64,000 nt of DNA, taken from contig JBECUI020000027.1 of NCBI GenBank assembly GCA_040954595.2, forward strand, positions 310,001-374,000, given 5' to 3'. Of the stretch, positions 60,299 to 64,000 are shown one piece after another; positions within the stretch are counted from its first letter, which is position 1, and the number at the start of each line of letters is the position of its first letter. This stretch comes from Balanoglossus misakiensis. Its lineage: Eukaryota > Animalia > Hemichordata. The notes beneath the pieces are model-generated. The model had not been told where the DNA came from and ran no database searches. It was given only the letters and a program-made list of their open reading frames with translations. A program made the position numbers and the translations under genes.

Positions 60299-60760
60299 AA
60301 ATCACCATAGGCTCTGTTGTCGACTTTCTTAAAATGATCTTCCAGCAAAAACTTTCCGTTGGGATCTGCACCCCATGCGGTAACGGCGGTATTCGCTCCT
60401 CTAAATTCCACAGAAGCCAGGGGAGCGTTAAGGGCAAAGGCACCGGCATTTATACGCCTGATATTGACGGGAATCACCAGGCTCACAAGACCTTTGTTGG
60501 CAAAAGCGATGTCCTCCAATGGTGCTTACGCGGGTATAGCCGTTTCCACGGGTAACACTATCGGGAATGGTAAGTGCTGTATCACTGCCTGCATACGCCG
60601 TCATAATTGTTTCTGATCCTCCCTGTTCTTCTGGATTGCCGGAATCAGGAGTGTAGCGTTGTACAGGATCGAAATCATAGGTATAGTCGCCTATGGTTTC
60701 AGAGATGCTGGGAATATATTCATAAAGCCCCAGAAGCGCTTTGCCTTTGTCGACTTTCTT
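60295..60760 (-). pseudogene. Frameshifted single-module fragment of a BspA-like LRR gene
   Basis: TIGDYTYDF..QRYTPDSGNPEEQGG and AFANKGLVSLVIP segments, homologous to modules in 14091-20042 and 61217-64000, split over two frames. Confidence 0.75.
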
Positions 60761-61216
60761 AATAGGAAGGGGGGGGAACAACTTATCAAATATGCTGATT
60801 TGTATTACTATTTCAGAATCCCTGGATTGATTCTCTCTAAACAAAATATCCTGAAACAGTGAGGATTTGTATTTTCAACAAGTAAAGCGGTATTTACTTT
60901 TTTCTTAAGAGTCTGTAAAAACTTCCGGTCTGTTTTCTCTACCTGCTATGCTGTTCCGTCGGCAAAATCAGAATTATAACCCCAAGGAACCCCTTGTCCT
61001 CAGGGCAACAGAACCCCCCTTTTTTGCTTCCCGTAACTACGCCCCCTGAATGTAAATCTGGTAAAACCGGACTTCAGGAGTTGTCCCTAAAACAAAAACG
61101 GTGACCCCCTGAATTCTTAAAAAATCCTATCCGATTAGGGGACAGATCAATAAAGCTCCCCTCCTGTGTCTATTGCTTTAGTCAGGCACTTTGGCAATAG
61201 ATAAGAGGGGCGATAT

Positions 61217-64000
61217 TTACGGCACTGTTACCGTATGGGTAGTTACCGCCGGCCAAGTTCTTCCCCCCCATGTTTCGCCTGCTGCAGGATACCCTGAAGT
61301 ATCCCCCGCATCGGGAATAGAGAAAGTGAGCCTGCGATGACTGCCATCCGGGTGATAGAACGTGTTGTCTTGGACATTCGGTGCAGGCACAGCATCTATG
61401 GTTACTGCGATGAGGGGTATAGAGAAAAATGCGTTTTCATCCAAATTTTCCAGGTTTGCAGGCAAATGCAAAACTCTGGTAGGTGTCCACTGAAAGGCAC
61501 TTCCGTGAATAGTTTTCAAACTTAAAGCCGTTGATAAATCAACAGCTTCAATCTCTGTATCATAAAAAGCACCAAATCCTATGCTAACAAGATTTGTAGC
61601 TCCTGAAAAATCTACACCGTTGACTTTATCAAAATAGGGGCCAGGTAATCTACCATCAGAAAATATCTTCTCTCCAAAGGCCCAGTCAGCTATTTTTGTT
61701 ACGTTGTAGGAAGTACTGTTGTGAGTTATTGCCGCTGGTATCGTAATTGCCTTTGAAGAAAGGGATACCCTGCCTCCAATCGCGGCTACTCCGTTATTGA
61801 TAGCATAGTAAATATCATTATCAATAATAAGGGAATAAGTTTGCGCTCTTGGTGTCATGCCGTTTCCTAAATCAGAAAAGGCATGTACCGGATTATAGAG
61901 ACAAACATCATTACCCAATACCGTACCTGATCCTTCAAATGTTATTGCGGTCAGGAGGTTGCGGGTAAGAACTTCGTCGCCTAAGCTTGTTATCCCTGAA
62001 GGTATAGTGATATTTGAAATCAAATTGTTAGAAAAAGCCTTAGAACCAATACTCAAGTCTGTGCTTCCTGGTGGTAAATTTACACTGGTAATAGAATTCT
62101 TCTTAAAAGCTTCAGCGCCGATGCTCTTAAGATTTGTGTTTGCTGATAAATCTACAATGACAAGATCATTAGAAGAAAAAGCCTCAGGACCTATACTCCT
62201 TAGATTTGTAGCCCTTGAAAAATCTGTTGTCTCAATATCATTATAGTAAAAAGCTCTTTCTCCTATGCTGGAAACACTGTCGGGGATCATGATGCTTATC
62301 AAATCATTCGCTTTAAATGCGTTGTGTCCTATGGTGGTTACGCTTGCAGGTAGTGCTATACTTTCAATATAATTGACACGAAAAGCTTCGCTGCCAATGG
62401 TTTCCAAAACAGTGTTTCCTGATAAATCTACACGTTTAATGTAATTGTAAGAAAAAGCCTTAGAACCTATGTTGGTTATGGTTGGAGGCAGGACAACGCT
62501 GTTGAGATTCTGATTATTGAAGGCCTCGGCAGCTATGCTGGTTACCTCATAACCTATGCCACCTTTTACAACGCTGGCCGGTATGATAAGATCCGTGATT
62601 TCTGCAATTCTGTTATAAGCTGAAACCTCAACGGTGTTTTGTGTGCCCTCTGTCCATGCGCCAAATCTGAAACTGGAATAAAGTCCTTCCTCTATCGTGG
62701 CGTTTGTAAGGTTCACCAATGATCCGTCACTCCCCTTGTAGACAGGTTCTGCAAAATCGGAATTTTCAAATACATTGGCTTTCAATGCCGTATTGCTTGA
62801 CATGAATTCTACAGAAATCAATTCTGAGTTGTCACTAAAAGCTCTATCTTCTATGAGTGCTACTGTTGCCGGCAGTACCACGCTTCTAAGATTTTTGTTG
62901 GCAAAGGCCAGGGGTTCTATCGTTGAAATACTGTAGGTATTACCTAAGGTGACCCTCTCAGGAATCGTTATATCTTGAGAGGTTCCTATGTATTGGGAAA
63001 TCGTCGCTTCTGAGGCACTACCTTTCTCTTGCGGCACGCCCACATGAGGAGGAGGTGTATAGCGCTGTAAAGCTCCCAGACTGTAAACAAAATCTCCTTG
63101 CGTCAGTGATCTACCGGGAATGGTTTCATATAAGCCTTTAGGCACAGCGCGGTAGCCAAGTCCCGGTCCGTCAAAGTCTGTAAAGTGTCCTTCCAGTAGA
63201 GTCCCGTTGAATACTCCATTATTTGATGATGCTGTTCCCCATATATCTATCCATGCTTCATGGCCCTTGAATTCCACAGAACCCAACAAAGGATTCTGAG
63301 AAAACGCATTGGAGGATATTGATCGTAAACTTGAGGGTAAAACCACACTGGTAAGGTTTTTGTTACTAAATGCATGACTAGCTATATATAAGATTGGATA
63401 AGATCTGTTGTTCATAGGGGGAATGCTTTCAGGGATCGTTATATCGGTAGCATTTCCTGTATAGTCAATAATGTTTCGCGAGATCCAGGTCTTATTTAAT
63501 TCTTCGTTTCCATTGATTGGAACATAGCGTTGGAAACTGTGAAAAACATAGGTGAAATCGTCTATTGTGTGGGTTTCTTGGGGGACCAATTGATATAAGC
63601 CTGCCCGTGCTGCCCTATTATTTTGTACTGTTGACCGAAAATGAAGATGTAACTTTGTTCCTTCAAATACACCATAAAACCATTGCGAAATAACAGTACT
63701 GCCCCCCTCAAATTTCACAGAAGCCAAATTGGGATTATAAGCAAAAGCTTTGTTGGCTATAAGCGAAATGCTTGCGGGAACCACCAGGCTTACAAGACCT
63801 TTGTTGGCAAATGCGCTGTTCCCGATTACGGCTATGGTGTGGGTGCGGCCGGTTCTCCGGGTAACACTATCGGGAATGCTTAGGTCGGTATCACTTCCTA
63901 TATAGGCCGTAATCGTTGTTCTTGATCCCACCAGTTCTTCCGGAGTGCCGGAGAGAGGAGTGTAGCGTTGTTCGGCAGAACCGAAATCATAGGTATAGTC
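61217..64000 (-). CDS. BspA-family LRR surface protein, 5' end outside the window
   Basis: Frame stays open to base 64000 (DYTYDFGSAEQRYTP...); LRR_5-type repeats; C-terminus GDTSGYP..GExWGG similar to the 14091 paralog. Confidence 0.9.
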   Translation of the reverse strand, partial: DYTYDFGSAEQRYTPLSGTPEELVGSRTTITAYIGSDTDLSIPDSVTRRTGRTHTIAVIGNSAFANKGLVSLVVPASISLIANKAFAYNPNLASVKFEGGSTVISQWFYGVFEGTKLHLHFRSTVQNNRAARAGLYQLVPQETHTIDDFTYVFHSFQRYVPINGNEELNKTWISRNIIDYTGNATDITIPESIPPMNNRSYPILYIASHAFSNKNLTSVVLPSSLRSISSNAFSQNPLLGSVEFKGHEAWIDIWGTASSNNGVFNGTLLEGHFTDFDGPGLGYRAVPKGLYETIPGRSLTQGDFVYSLGALQRYTPPPHVGVPQEKGSASEATISQYIGTSQDITIPERVTLGNTYSISTIEPLAFANKNLRSVVLPATVALIEDRAFSDNSELISVEFMSSNTALKANVFENSDFAEPVYKGSDGSLVNLTNATIEEGLYSSFRFGAWTEGTQNTVEVSAYNRIAEITDLIIPASVVKGGIGYEVTSIAAEAFNNQNLNSVVLPPTITNIGSKAFSYNYIKRVDLSGNTVLETIGSEAFRVNYIESIALPASVTTIGHNAFKANDLISIMIPDSVSSIGERAFYYNDIETTDFSRATNLRSIGPEAFSSNDLVIVDLSANTNLKSIGAEAFKKNSITSVNLPPGSTDLSIGSKAFSNNLISNITIPSGITSLGDEVLTRNLLTAITFEGSGTVLGNDVCLYNPVHAFSDLGNGMTPRAQTYSLIIDNDIYYAINNGVAAIGGRVSLSSKAITIPAAITHNSTSYNVTKIADWAFGEKIFSDGRLPGPYFDKVNGVDFSGATNLVSIGFGAFYDTEIEAVDLSTALSLKTIHGSAFQWTPTRVLHLPANLENLDENAFFSIPLIAVTIDAVPAPNVQDNTFYHPDGSHRRLTFSIPDAGDTSGYPAAGETWGGRTWPAVTTHTVTVP

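Overview
Bacterial chromosomal window, possibly from a host-associated spirochaete (inferred from the many lipoproteins and BspA/TpLRR-type proteins; not provable here). The left part (1-14 kb) holds a 41-bp/21-bp tandem-repeat block, a receiver/PPDK-N-like gene next to gdhA, a lone arcA, an orphan CRISPR locus built from duplicated leader-array modules, a secreted NucA-type nuclease, an SDR-TetR pair and an IS21 istB relic. From 14 to 64 kb the window is almost entirely surface-protein genes. The main feature is a ~33.5-kb head-to-tail array of 20 paralogous lipoprotein genes (21445-54954). Each has its own predicted promoter and RBS, a (CTCA)n tract 21 nt after the ATG (n = 8-27), a conserved N-terminal/central body and a hypervariable, mosaic C-terminus. 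Only copy 6 (n = 13) is in frame. The other 19 are frameshifted by tract length, and all but copy 3 keep intact downstream ORFs. This looks like a slipped-strand, opa-like antigenic-variation locus with roughly one of 20 genes ON. A 17-bp imperfect palindrome is shared by the array spacers, the 41-bp tandem repeat and, more weakly, the CRISPR trailers. An IS256 sits inside the array. It is followed by a broken moeA, a GLUG/Ig lipoprotein and further BspA-like genes.
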